From an uncultured Pseudosulfitobacter sp. (GTDB lineage Bacteria; Pseudomonadota; Alphaproteobacteria; Rhodobacterales; Rhodobacteraceae): a stretch of DNA of 64,000 bases. The position numbers were made by a program, and so were the translations under genes. This document shows positions 1 to 8,560 of this stretch, in pieces (positions within the stretch are counted from its first letter, which is position 1; each line of letters opens with the position of its first letter). A model generated the notes under the pieces. That model was given only the letters and a program-made list of their open reading frames with translations. It was not told where the DNA came from and did not search any database. The stretch lies in contig NZ_CAXBJW010000012.1 of assembly GCF_963976325.1 (NCBI RefSeq), forward strand, positions 4,630-68,629, written 5' to 3'.

Positions 1-287
1 ACGTCCCGAAAGCCCATCGTGGTGATCAGCCCCGTCTTGCACAGACGCCGCTCCAGCACCGCGTTGGTGGTGGTCGTGGTGCCATGCACGATCAGGTCCA
101 GCATCGCGGCATCCACGCCCGCGGCATCCAGCGCCGCCAGCACGCCATGCGCCTGATTGTCCAGCGTTGTCGGCACCTTGGCCAGTTTCACGCGGCCCGC
201 GCGGCTGTCGTAATGCACCAGATCGGTGAACGTGCCGCCGACGTCGATCCCGGCAAAGCTGCCGCTGAGTTCGGTTGCGTCTGTCAT
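1..287 (-). CDS. hydantoinase/oxoprolinase A-subunit-like protein, N-terminal part (gene continues beyond left edge)
   Basis: Not in the ORF track because it has no stop in the window. My reverse translation from ATG (complement of 285-287) gives MTDATELSGSFAGIDVGGTFTDLVHYDSRAGRVKLAKVPTT... GIDVGGTFTD is the hallmark N-terminal motif of hydantoinase A/5-oxoprolinase. The start overlaps the stop of the upstream gene (ATGA). Confidence 0.7.
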   Translation of the reverse strand, partial: MTDATELSGSFAGIDVGGTFTDLVHYDSRAGRVKLAKVPTTLDNQAHGVLAALDAAGVDAAMLDLIVHGTTTTTNAVLERRLCKTGLITTMGFRD

Positions 288-3016
288 GTCGTGGCCTTGT
301 TGTTTTGCGCCAGAATGGCGGCGCGCACGCGGTCGGGCGTGGCGGGCAAATGATGGATGCGCGCGCCACTGGCGTGGGCGATGGCGTTCAGAATGGCGGG
401 CGCCGTGGGGATCAGGCAATGCTCGCCCAGCCCCTTGGCCCCGTAAGGACCGTGCGCATCGCCGGATTCGATGATGACCGAGGTGATGCCCGGCACGTCG
501 CCGATGGTCGGGATCAGGTAGTCGTGCAGGTTCTCTGTCCGACCGGGCAGGAATTCCTCCATCAGCGCCAGACCGATGCCCTGCGCAATGCCGCCTTCGA
601 TCTGGCCCTCGACCAGCAGCGGGTTGATCGCGCGGCCCACGTCATGCGCGGCCAGAAACCGCAGCAGTTTGACCGTGCCCAGGGCCATGTCGACCTCAAG
701 CTCAACCATCTGCGCCGCCGTGCCGAACACGGCATAGGGCGATCCCTGCCCTTTTTCGTCCAGCGGCAAGGTGGGCGGGTCATAGCTTTCTTCAACTTCC
801 AGCGCATAGCCGTCGGCGGCGGGCAGGTCGATCCGGCGGCGCACCTCGCCCTCGGACAGCTCAATCGCGCCATCTGCAAACGAAATGACGGCCCCTTCGC
901 CCACATTGCCCATGCGCAAGATCTGCGCGCGCAGCGCCGCGCCCGCCAGCCGCGCGGCGTTGCCGGTGATGAACGTCTGACGGCTGGCCGAGGTTTTGCC
1001 CGCGTCCGGCGTTATGTCCGTGTCCGGCCCCACCAGCGTGACCGCCGACAACGGCACCCCCATCGCCTGCGCAAAAATCTGGGTGATGACGGTGTTCGAC
1101 CCCTGGCCGATATCCACCGCCCCCTGATGCAGCATCAGCACGCCATCCGACGTCACCCCCGCGCGGATCGTCGAGGGGTTCGACATCGACGTGTTGCCAC
1201 AGCCGTACCAGCCGCCCGCGACACCCACGCCGCGCTTGATCTGGGCATGGCCGGCGTTGAAGGCAGCCGCCTCGGCCAGCGCGCGGTCCCATTCGGGTTT
1301 CAGCGCGTCAAAGCAGGCGTCGATGCCCATGCCGGTGTCAAACACCTGCCCCGTGACCGTCGGATCGCCGTTTTGCAGGCAGTTTGCGCGGCGGAAGGCC
1401 AGCCGGTCCATGCCCAGCCTATCGGCCAGCAGGTCGAACAACTGCTCTTGCGCGACGGCGGATTGCGGCACGCCAAAGCCGCGGAATGCGCCCGCAGGGG
1501 CGGTGTTGGTGTGGATGCCAACGCTGTTGGCTTCGTAATCCGGCACGCGGTACGGGCCCGAGGCATGGATCGGCACACGGTTCGCCACCGTCGGCCCCCA
1601 GCTTGCATACGCGCCCGTATTGAACACCCCGTCAAACCGCGCGCCCACGATCCGGCCGCCTGCGTCTGCGCCGATCTTCATGGTAATCTCGGACGGGTGC
1701 CGTTTGGTCGAACTGGCGATGCTTTCGGCGCGGGTATAGGCCATGCGCACCGGTTGTCCCAATTTCCACGCCGCCAGCGCAACATAGGGCTGCGCGGTCA
1801 GGTCCAGTTTCGATCCGAACCCGCCGCCGACCGCCGTGGGCAGAATGCGCACCGCCGCAGGGTCCAGCCCCAGAATACCCGCCAGCGCATCGCGGTTCAT
1901 ATAGGGCGCCTGCGTGCAGCATTGCACCTCGATCCGGTCGCCCACCCTGCGGGCGCTGGCCGCTTCGGGTTCGATATAGCCGTGTTCGATGAACCCCGTG
2001 GAGAAATCGCCCGTGACCACATGCGCCGCCTGCGCCAGCGCCGCATCGGCATCGCCGCGCGCAACAAACCCGCGACACATCACGTTGTCCGCGCGGTCGG
2101 GATGCAGCAGCGCCGCCGCGTCGGCCCCCGTGGGCGTCAGCTGCGCCGTGCGTTCGTCCCAGTCCACCGGAAAGGCACCCATCGCATCCAGCACATCCGC
2201 ACGGCCCACCACGGCGGCAACCGCTTCGCCCTTGAACCGCGCCTCGGATTCGGCAAAGACCGGCTGGTCGATGAACCCCGGAATGACGCCAAACAGGTTC
2301 GCCCCCGGCACGTCACTGGCGGTCAGGATCAGGTCCAGCCCGTTTTCAGCCCGAAACGCCTCAAGATCACCAAACCGGAACCCGGCGCGGTGAAACGGTG
2401 ACCGGATCACCCGCACCGTCAGCGCATCTGCCGGGGCCACGTCATCGCCAAAGCGTTCGCCCCCCGACACCTTGGGCCAGCCGTCCAGCCGCGCCACCCG
2501 CGCGCCGATGCCGCCTTCGGTCAATGTCTTGGTGGTCGCGCTTGCGTCCAGAACCGCCGCGATGATCTTGCGATAGCCGGTGCACCGGCACAGCACGCCG
2601 CCCAAGGCATCGGCCACCCGGTCCTCGGTCAACACTGCGCCCGAGCGCAGCAGCGCCACCGCCGACACCATCATGCCCGGTGTGCAGATCCCGCATTGCG
2701 CCGCCTGATGGCGCTGGAACGCATCCGCCAGCCGCGCGGCGTCGGGGTCGCCCGCCACCAGCCCCGATTGCGTCTCGACCGTCCGGCCCTGCGCCTGACC
2801 GGCAGCGGTGATGCACGCGCACACCGGCGCACCGTCCAGCAGCACCGTGCAGGCCCCGCAATCGCCCGCGTTGCACCCCACCTTGACGTCCAGCGCGCCC
2901 GCGCTGTTGCGCAGCACCTCGGACAGCCGCGCGGTGGCCTGCGCCGGTACGGTGATCGCGTCCCCGTTCAGGGTCAGGGTCAGGGCAATCTGGCCTTTGG
3001 GTTCATCAAGCGACAT
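284..3016 (-). CDS. xanthine dehydrogenase/aldehyde oxidase-family molybdenum hydroxylase, fused [2Fe-2S] small-subunit + molybdopterin-binding large-subunit
   Basis: ORF 284..3106. The N-terminus carries two 2Fe-2S Cys motifs (GCNAGDCGACTV; CGICTPGM...CRCTGY). About 750 aa of MoCo large-subunit-like sequence follows. Start placed at MSLDEPKG (complement 3014-3016), which overlaps the stop of the FAD-subunit gene. Confidence 0.85.
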   Translation of the reverse strand: MSLDEPKGQIALTLTLNGDAITVPAQATARLSEVLRNSAGALDVKVGCNAGDCGACTVLLDGAPVCACITAAGQAQGRTVETQSGLVAGDPDAARLADAFQRHQAAQCGICTPGMMVSAVALLRSGAVLTEDRVADALGGVLCRCTGYRKIIAAVLDASATTKTLTEGGIGARVARLDGWPKVSGGERFGDDVAPADALTVRVIRSPFHRAGFRFGDLEAFRAENGLDLILTASDVPGANLFGVIPGFIDQPVFAESEARFKGEAVAAVVGRADVLDAMGAFPVDWDERTAQLTPTGADAAALLHPDRADNVMCRGFVARGDADAALAQAAHVVTGDFSTGFIEHGYIEPEAASARRVGDRIEVQCCTQAPYMNRDALAGILGLDPAAVRILPTAVGGGFGSKLDLTAQPYVALAAWKLGQPVRMAYTRAESIASSTKRHPSEITMKIGADAGGRIVGARFDGVFNTGAYASWGPTVANRVPIHASGPYRVPDYEANSVGIHTNTAPAGAFRGFGVPQSAVAQEQLFDLLADRLGMDRLAFRRANCLQNGDPTVTGQVFDTGMGIDACFDALKPEWDRALAEAAAFNAGHAQIKRGVGVAGGWYGCGNTSMSNPSTIRAGVTSDGVLMLHQGAVDIGQGSNTVITQIFAQAMGVPLSAVTLVGPDTDITPDAGKTSASRQTFITGNAARLAGAALRAQILRMGNVGEGAVISFADGAIELSEGEVRRRIDLPAADGYALEVEESYDPPTLPLDEKGQGSPYAVFGTAAQMVELEVDMALGTVKLLRFLAAHDVGRAINPLLVEGQIEGGIAQGIGLALMEEFLPGRTENLHDYLIPTIGDVPGITSVIIESGDAHGPYGAKGLGEHCLIPTAPAILNAIAHASGARIHHLPATPDRVRAAILAQNNKATT

Positions 3017-3842
3017 CTGTTTTCTCCACTGCATCCAGCACCGTGCGCCGCACCAGCGTGCGCACCGCATCCATGCGATAGGCGGCACTTGCGCGCACAT
3101 CATCAATCGGCGTCAGCTCGTCCAGCCGCGCCTGACCGACAATGCCGCCCACGTCCCCCAGCGCGGCACCGACCAGCGCCGTTTCCAGCGCGACCAGCCG
3201 GCGCGCCACCGGCGAACAAGACCCGACAGCGATATGGGCACGCACGATCCGCCCGCCTTCGGCGTGCACCACGGCCCCGACCATCGCGATGGAAATCACC
3301 AGATACCGCCGCGCCCCCAGCTTGCGGAATGCGCCGCATCCGGGCGCATCGGGCACATAGATCGCCGTCATCAACTCAGCCGGCCCCAGATCGACCTTGC
3401 GGATACCTTGGATAAAAGCGCCCAGCGGCACCCGCCGCGCGCCATCCGGCCCCGTCAGCTCAACCTCGGCGTCCAGCGCCAGCAGCGCGGGCACGCCATC
3501 TGCGGCGGGCGAGGCGTTGCACAGGTTGCCCGCGACGGTGCCGGTGTTCTGGATCTGCACCGACCCGACCTCGCGCGCGGCCAGCTTCAGACCGTCGAAC
3601 AGCGCCGGCAGGTCGGCGCGCACCACATCCGTCCACGTCGTCGCCGCCCCGATCCGCCAGTGGTCGCCGTCGCGCGTGATCCCGCGCAGCCCCGACACCG
3701 CCGACACGTCGATCATGCGCGCAGGCGCAGGTGCATCGCGCAGGCCGGGATACACATCCGTGCCCCCCGCCAGAACAACGCCACCCCCTTCGGCCAGCAG
3801 GGCCAGGGCTGCGTCCAGTGTCTCGGGCCGATGAAGCGTCAT
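3006..3842 (-). CDS. FAD-binding (medium, CoxM-like) subunit of a molybdenum hydroxylase
   Basis: 278 aa. MTLHRPETLDAALALLAEGGGVVLAGGTDVYPGL is a typical FAD-binding medium-subunit N-terminus. Same operon as, and overlapping, the Fe-S/MoCo gene. Confidence 0.85.
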   Translation of the reverse strand: MTLHRPETLDAALALLAEGGGVVLAGGTDVYPGLRDAPAPARMIDVSAVSGLRGITRDGDHWRIGAATTWTDVVRADLPALFDGLKLAAREVGSVQIQNTGTVAGNLCNASPAADGVPALLALDAEVELTGPDGARRVPLGAFIQGIRKVDLGPAELMTAIYVPDAPGCGAFRKLGARRYLVISIAMVGAVVHAEGGRIVRAHIAVGSCSPVARRLVALETALVGAALGDVGGIVGQARLDELTPIDDVRASAAYRMDAVRTLVRRTVLDAVEKTDVA

Positions 3843-3979
3843 GATGGGCCTCTCTCACACCCCGAAAGCGTGCGGGGCTTCATTTGTGTGCAAACGATAC
3901 AGGCACACCGTAGAAACTTGCACGAAAAGTTGTCAATCGTCCTGATCGCTTTCGGGGCTTTATCGGGCAAAAAACTTTT

Positions 3980-3995
3980 TTCGTTTGTGTACGAA
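3980..3995. promoter_or_regulatory. operator-like inverted repeat TTCGT-N6-ACGAA (TTCGTTTGTGTACGAA) in the divergent Mo-hydroxylase/fpr promoter region
   Basis: Read directly from the sequence. It lies just upstream of a sigma70-like TTGACG(4002-4007)-N17-TTATGC(4025-4030) ahead of fpr. A second copy of the same architecture is at 4927-4942. Related CGTTTG-type half sites are at 3883-3896 and 4902-4915. Confidence 0.45.
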
Positions 3996-4046
3996 TGAAT
4001 TTTGACGCAGCATCTGCCCTGAAATTATGCACAACGGAGCATTGCG

Positions 4047-4874
4047 ATGACCGATCTTGTCCTTGATCCCATCCTGCGGGGGCAACCCGCCGGATTCGAA
4101 ATTCCCGCCGCCTGCTTTGGCCTGACGGTGACCGAGGTGCAGCATTACACCGACCGGTTGTTCCGCTTTCGGGTGACCCGCCCCGCCACCTTCCGCTTCC
4201 GGTCGGGCGAGTTCGTGATGATCGGCCTGCCCAATGCCGACCGCCCCGTCATGCGCGCCTATTCCATCGCATCGCCCGCATGGGACGACACGCTGGAATT
4301 CTATTCGATCAAGGTCCCCGACGGCCCGCTGACCGAGCATTTGCAGAACATTCAGGTGGGCGACACGGTCCTGATGCGCAAGAAACCCACCGGCACGCTG
4401 GTGCTGGACGCGCTGACCCCGGGCAAGCGGCTGTGGATGCTGTCCACCGGCACCGGTATCGCGCCTTTTGCCTCGCTGATTCGCGATCCCGAAACCTATG
4501 ACCGCTTTGACGAGGTGATCCTGTGCCACTGCTGCCGCGAGGTGGCCGAGCTGACCTATGGCGACGAAATCACCACGGCCACGCTGAACGATCCGCTGGT
4601 TGGCGAACTGGCCCAAGGCCGCCTGCGCCTGTTCAACACCGCCACCCGCGAGGCGTACAAAGTGCAGGGGCGCATCACCGACATGATTCGCACCGGCACT
4701 ATATATACGGCCCTGGGCGTGCCCCCGATCACCGCCGCAGACGACCGCGTGATGATCTGCGGGTCGATGGAGATGCTGGCCGATTGCCGCGCGATCTGTC
4801 TTGATCTGGGGCTGGAAGAAGGGGCCAACAACCGCCCCGCTGAATTCGTAGTCGAAAAGGCGTTTGTGGACTGA
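4047..4874 (+). CDS. fpr: ferredoxin-NADP+ reductase
   Basis: 275 aa. Contains RAYSIAS (FAD-binding RxYS motif) and MLSTGTGIAPFASL (NADP-binding GTGIAP motif). GGAG RBS 7 nt upstream of the ATG. Confidence 0.85.
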   Translation: MTDLVLDPILRGQPAGFEIPAACFGLTVTEVQHYTDRLFRFRVTRPATFRFRSGEFVMIGLPNADRPVMRAYSIASPAWDDTLEFYSIKVPDGPLTEHLQNIQVGDTVLMRKKPTGTLVLDALTPGKRLWMLSTGTGIAPFASLIRDPETYDRFDEVILCHCCREVAELTYGDEITTATLNDPLVGELAQGRLRLFNTATREAYKVQGRITDMIRTGTIYTALGVPPITAADDRVMICGSMEMLADCRAICLDLGLEEGANNRPAEFVVEKAFVD

Positions 4875-4926
4875 TCCATGACCACAACCCGCGCAAAACT
4901 GTTGACACACAAACGGGTGTCGTGCG

Positions 4927-4942
4927 TTCGTATACAAACGAA
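4927..4942. promoter_or_regulatory. operator-like inverted repeat TTCGT-N6-ACGAA (TTCGTATACAAACGAA) upstream of the Hnr-like gene
   Basis: Same 5-6-5 architecture as 3980-3995. It is preceded by TTGACACACAAACG (4902-4915), which contains a perfect TTGACA. Confidence 0.45.
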
Positions 4943-4993
4943 TTGCACATCCGACATGATCCGCCCGATTGCCAAGACACCGGAGCCCGCACC

Positions 4994-6505
4994 GTGACCG
5001 AGACCGCCAGCAAACGCCCCCAGACCGCCAAGCCGGAGAAAATCCGCTGCGACGCCTGCCCGGTCATGTGCTACATCGCCGACGGCCGTTCGGGCGCCTG
5101 CGACCGATACGCAAACGAGGGCGGCGAGCTGGTGCGTCTGGACCCGCTGACCATTCTGGAAAACCGCGAGGACACGCCGCTGGTGCCCTTCCTTGACCGC
5201 GAATGGGATGGCGATCTGGTCACCGGCGACCAGACGTTCATCACCGCCGTCGGGTCGGGCACCACCTATCCCGACTATAAACCCGCGCCCTTCATCGTCG
5301 CCTCGAAATCCGCGGGCGTCGACATGATCACCGTCGTGACCGAGGGCATCTTTTCCTATTGCGGGGCCAAGGTGAAAATCGACACCGACCGCCACCTTGG
5401 CAGCGAATGCGCGCCTGTCCGTGCCGATGGCGAGGTGATCGGCCACGTCTCGACGTCCGAATACGGATCGCAAATGCTGTCGCTGGGCGGGGTCAATCAC
5501 CTGACAGGCGGATCGAAGAAAGAGGGGCGCGCGACCTGTTCGGCCCTGCTGGCGCTGTGCAACGGCGAACAGGTTGCGCTGACCATCGACAACGGTGCCG
5601 ACCTTGAGATTGCTGCCGGACAGGCCCCCATCGTCAACGGCACGCCCGAGCAACGCATGCGCGTCGGCTGCGGGTCGGCCACGGTGGGCATGTTCGCGGC
5701 ACAGTGGCAGGGGCTGGTGGACGAGGTTGTCGTCGTCGATGACCACATCACCGGCGTCATGTCCGAACATCAGGCGGGCAAGGTCATCGGCTGGGCCCCC
5801 TCGGGCATCAAGATCAAGGGCCGCCGCTCGACCCCGGGACGTTACTTTCAAGTGGCCGAACCCGGCACCGGCTGGGGCGGCACCGATCTGACCGATCCGC
5901 TGGACATTCTGGACACGTGGAAACCCGATCAGGCGCGTGCCGGCCTGTCGCTGCTGATGGTGTCGACCACCGGCGAAAACGCCGCCTACTACGAGCTGAA
6001 CGACGATCTGGTGCCGGTGCAAAAGGACATGCCCGCGCGGCTGCTGCCCTCGGTCCAACGGATCGAGGAAAACTGCGAACCTTCGCTGACCTCGGTGCTG
6101 TTCATGGCCGGTGCGGGCGGGTCGTTGCGGTCTGGCGTCACGGAAAACCCCGTGTCGCTGACCCGTTCGGTGCAATCGCGGCTGACCCGTGTGACATCGG
6201 GCGGCGCGCCGGTGTTCATCTGGCCGGGTGGCGGCATCACCTTTATGGCAGACGTCACGCAAATGCCGAAAAATGCCTTTGGCTATGTGCCCACGCCCGC
6301 GCTGGTAGCGCCCATTGAATTTACCATGACTGCGGCGGATTACGCCGCGCTTGGCGGGCATATAGATTACGTCATGCCGCTGGAAGACGCCCTGCGCGGC
6401 CTTAAGGGGCGGCAGAACGATCACCGCCTGTCCGGCCAACGCTCGGAAAACCGCAAGACCGGCGCGCCGTGGCCTATATCGTCGGACACACGGGGGCCGA
6501 AATGA
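4994..6505 (+). CDS. 6-hydroxynicotinate-reductase-like Fe-S protein (function unproven)
   Basis: ORF 4922..6505. I prefer the GTG at 4994 because a GGAG lies 8 nt upstream; the start is uncertain. The N-terminal Cys cluster CDACPVMCYIADGRSGACDRY is compatible with a 4Fe-4S site. The overall sequence resembles proteins I recall being annotated as 6-hydroxynicotinate reductase. Confidence 0.6.
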   Translation: MTETASKRPQTAKPEKIRCDACPVMCYIADGRSGACDRYANEGGELVRLDPLTILENREDTPLVPFLDREWDGDLVTGDQTFITAVGSGTTYPDYKPAPFIVASKSAGVDMITVVTEGIFSYCGAKVKIDTDRHLGSECAPVRADGEVIGHVSTSEYGSQMLSLGGVNHLTGGSKKEGRATCSALLALCNGEQVALTIDNGADLEIAAGQAPIVNGTPEQRMRVGCGSATVGMFAAQWQGLVDEVVVVDDHITGVMSEHQAGKVIGWAPSGIKIKGRRSTPGRYFQVAEPGTGWGGTDLTDPLDILDTWKPDQARAGLSLLMVSTTGENAAYYELNDDLVPVQKDMPARLLPSVQRIEENCEPSLTSVLFMAGAGGSLRSGVTENPVSLTRSVQSRLTRVTSGGAPVFIWPGGGITFMADVTQMPKNAFGYVPTPALVAPIEFTMTAADYAALGGHIDYVMPLEDALRGLKGRQNDHRLSGQRSENRKTGAPWPISSDTRGPK

Positions 6506-7386
6506 GCTGGCAGGAAACCCCAACGGCGCACCTGTCGCCTGACGGTCATCTGCGGCTGGTCCATGGCCCGATTGACCTGATCGTGGTGGCCGAAGGGTCG
6601 GCACAGGCGGTGCGCGCTGCCTATCTGCGCGCGCGGGATGCCTTTGCGCCGGTGCTGGGCGATCTGGTGGCCGAGCTGCCGCGTTTGCGCAAATGCGACG
6701 GGCCTGCGCCCACCGGCGTGATCGCACGGAAGATGCAGCAAGCCGTCGCCCCCTTTGCCCCCACCTTTGTCACCCCGATGGCCGCCGTCGCCGGTGCCGT
6801 GGCCGACCACATCCTGACCGCGATGCTGGCCCCGAGCCATCGTCTGACCCGCGCCCATGTGAACAACGGCGGCGACATTGCCCTGTGGACCGCGCACCAG
6901 CCCCTGCGCCTTGCGATCTGCGAGGACCCGACCACCGCCAGCGCAGGCGCGCAAGCCGACATCGGGCCCCATGACGGCATCGGCGGCGTGGCCACATCGG
7001 GCTGGCGGGGCCGGTCGCATTCGCTGGGCATTGCCGACGCGGTGACCGTGCTGGCCGCCACTGCGGCGCAGGCCGACGCCGCCGCCACGCTGATCGCCAA
7101 CGCCATCGACCTGCCCGACCACCCCGCCATCACCCGCGCCCCCGCCAACAGCCTGTCGCCCGACAGCGATCTGGGCGCGCGGCGGGTCACCACCGATGTT
7201 GCCCCCCTGCCCGGTACGGATGTGACCGCCGCACTGGATCACGGGGCCGCCATCGCCACAAATTTTGCCGCACGCGGACTGATTGTCGGCGCATGTCTTG
7301 CCTGTCAGGGCCAAAGACGCATGATCGGCACAACCAAGACCGCCCGCACCACGCAGGGCCAGCCCAAGGACCTTATCCATGCCTGA
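6502..7386 (+). CDS. UPF0280-family (ApbE-like) protein
   Basis: ORF 6469..7386. Start placed at MSWQETP (ATG 6502), overlapping the upstream stop (ATGA). The segment HLRLVHGPIDLIVVAEG...FVTPMAAVAGAVADHI resembles UPF0280 proteins. Confidence 0.6.
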   Translation: MSWQETPTAHLSPDGHLRLVHGPIDLIVVAEGSAQAVRAAYLRARDAFAPVLGDLVAELPRLRKCDGPAPTGVIARKMQQAVAPFAPTFVTPMAAVAGAVADHILTAMLAPSHRLTRAHVNNGGDIALWTAHQPLRLAICEDPTTASAGAQADIGPHDGIGGVATSGWRGRSHSLGIADAVTVLAATAAQADAAATLIANAIDLPDHPAITRAPANSLSPDSDLGARRVTTDVAPLPGTDVTAALDHGAAIATNFAARGLIVGACLACQGQRRMIGTTKTARTTQGQPKDLIHA

Positions 7387-7963
7387 ACCCGTCATCCGCA
7401 AAACGGCAATCCTGACCGAAACCATCTATCACGAGGGCGGCCCCGCCCCCGAAACACCCCTGCGCCGCGCCGCTTGCATGACCGTCATCGCGAACCCCTT
7501 CGCAGGGCGTTATGTCGAGGATATTCAGGGCTTTATGGAAGATCTGAAACCGCTGGGCGCGCAGATGGCACAGGATCTGATCGCCGCTCTTGGCGGTGAC
7601 GCGTCCGCCATTCAGGGCTACGGCAAAGGCGCCATCGTCGGCACCAACGGCGAACTGGAACACGGCGCGCTGTGGCATGTGCCCGGCGGCTATGCCATGC
7701 GCGACACCATTGCCGACAGCATGGCCATCGTGCCCTCGACGAAAAAGATCGGCGGACCGGGCACCCGTCTGGACGTGCCGATCACCCACACCAACGCGTC
7801 CTATGTGCGCAGCCATTTCGACGCGATGGAGGTCGGCCTGTCCGACGGACCCAAGGCCGACGAAATCCTGCTGGTGCTGGTGATGAGCACCGGCCCCCGC
7901 ATTCACGCCCGCGTCGGTGGTCTGGCCGCCGAGGACGTCAAGGGCGAGGACGGCTTGCGGTGA
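7379..7963 (+). CDS. amino acid synthesis family protein (PF06684-like), paralog 1
   Basis: 194 aa. Contains NPFAGRYVEDI...QGYGKGAIVGTNGELEHGAL...YVRSHFDAMEV...RVGGL, typical of the 'amino acid synthesis' family. Overlaps the upstream gene by 8 nt. Confidence 0.7.
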   Translation: MPEPVIRKTAILTETIYHEGGPAPETPLRRAACMTVIANPFAGRYVEDIQGFMEDLKPLGAQMAQDLIAALGGDASAIQGYGKGAIVGTNGELEHGALWHVPGGYAMRDTIADSMAIVPSTKKIGGPGTRLDVPITHTNASYVRSHFDAMEVGLSDGPKADEILLVLVMSTGPRIHARVGGLAAEDVKGEDGLR

Positions 7964-8538
7964 ACCTGCGCCGGATCATAACGCTGGTCGAAGAGACACG
8001 CACCGAAATGGGCCAACCCGTTTCGCCCCCCGCACGGCGCGCACTGGCGGCGGCGGTGATCGTGAACCCCTATGCGGGGCGTTATGTGGACGATCTGGCC
8101 GAGCTGTTCGACACCGGCGCACAGCTTGGCGCGCTTCTGGGCATCGAGGCGCTGACCGCTTTGGGCTGTGCGGCGGGCGATGTTCAAGGCTACGGCAAAG
8201 CAGCCCTCGTGGGCGAAGACGGCGAGCTGGAACACGCCGCCGCCCTGCTGCACCCGACGCTGGGCGCGCCCCTGCGCGACGTGCTGGGCGGCGGCAAGGC
8301 GCTGGTGCCCTCGTCCAAGGCGATGGGCGGACCGGGCAGCGTGATCGACGTGCCGCTGGGCCACAAGAACGCCGCTTACGTGCGCAGCCACTTTGACGGG
8401 ATGCGCCTGCAACTGCCCGATGCCCCGCGGCGCGGGGAAATCGTGGTGGCCGTGGCCCTGCAACTGGCCGGGCGACCCAATCCGCGCGTCGGCGGGCTGA
8501 AACACAGCGAAGTCACCGGCGCGGACGGGCTGCGCTAG
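7960..8538 (+). CDS. amino acid synthesis family protein (PF06684-like), paralog 2
   Basis: Reading frame of ORF 7672..8538. GTG start at 7960 overlaps the upstream TGA (GTGA). NPYAGRYVDDL...QGYGKAALVGEDGELEHAA...YVRSHFDGMRL...RVGGL is clearly paralogous to the preceding gene. Confidence 0.7.
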   Translation: MNLRRIITLVEETRTEMGQPVSPPARRALAAAVIVNPYAGRYVDDLAELFDTGAQLGALLGIEALTALGCAAGDVQGYGKAALVGEDGELEHAAALLHPTLGAPLRDVLGGGKALVPSSKAMGGPGSVIDVPLGHKNAAYVRSHFDGMRLQLPDAPRRGEIVVAVALQLAGRPNPRVGGLKHSEVTGADGLR

Positions 8539-8560
8539 AGACACCACCAAGGAGGTCAAC

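Noticed and set aside
275-2401. Long antisense or alternative-frame ORFs. Examples: 275-2401 (+), 4556-6727 (-), 8513-10018 (-), 33054-35825 (-), 43924-44865 (-), 44124-45875 (-), 60162-62441 (-) and 62161-63945 (-).
   Set aside because: Their translations are Arg/Pro/Gly/His-rich and low in complexity, with no recognisable motifs. They lie opposite or out of frame to ORFs with clear family signatures. This is the usual stop-codon-poor shadow-ORF artefact of high-GC DNA.
3861-3878. Hairpin CCCCG-aaagcgtg-CGGGG just upstream of the FAD-subunit gene start, considered as a possible terminator.
   Set aside because: It lies in a divergent promoter region with no upstream gene to terminate. The stem is only 5 bp and lacks a U-tract.
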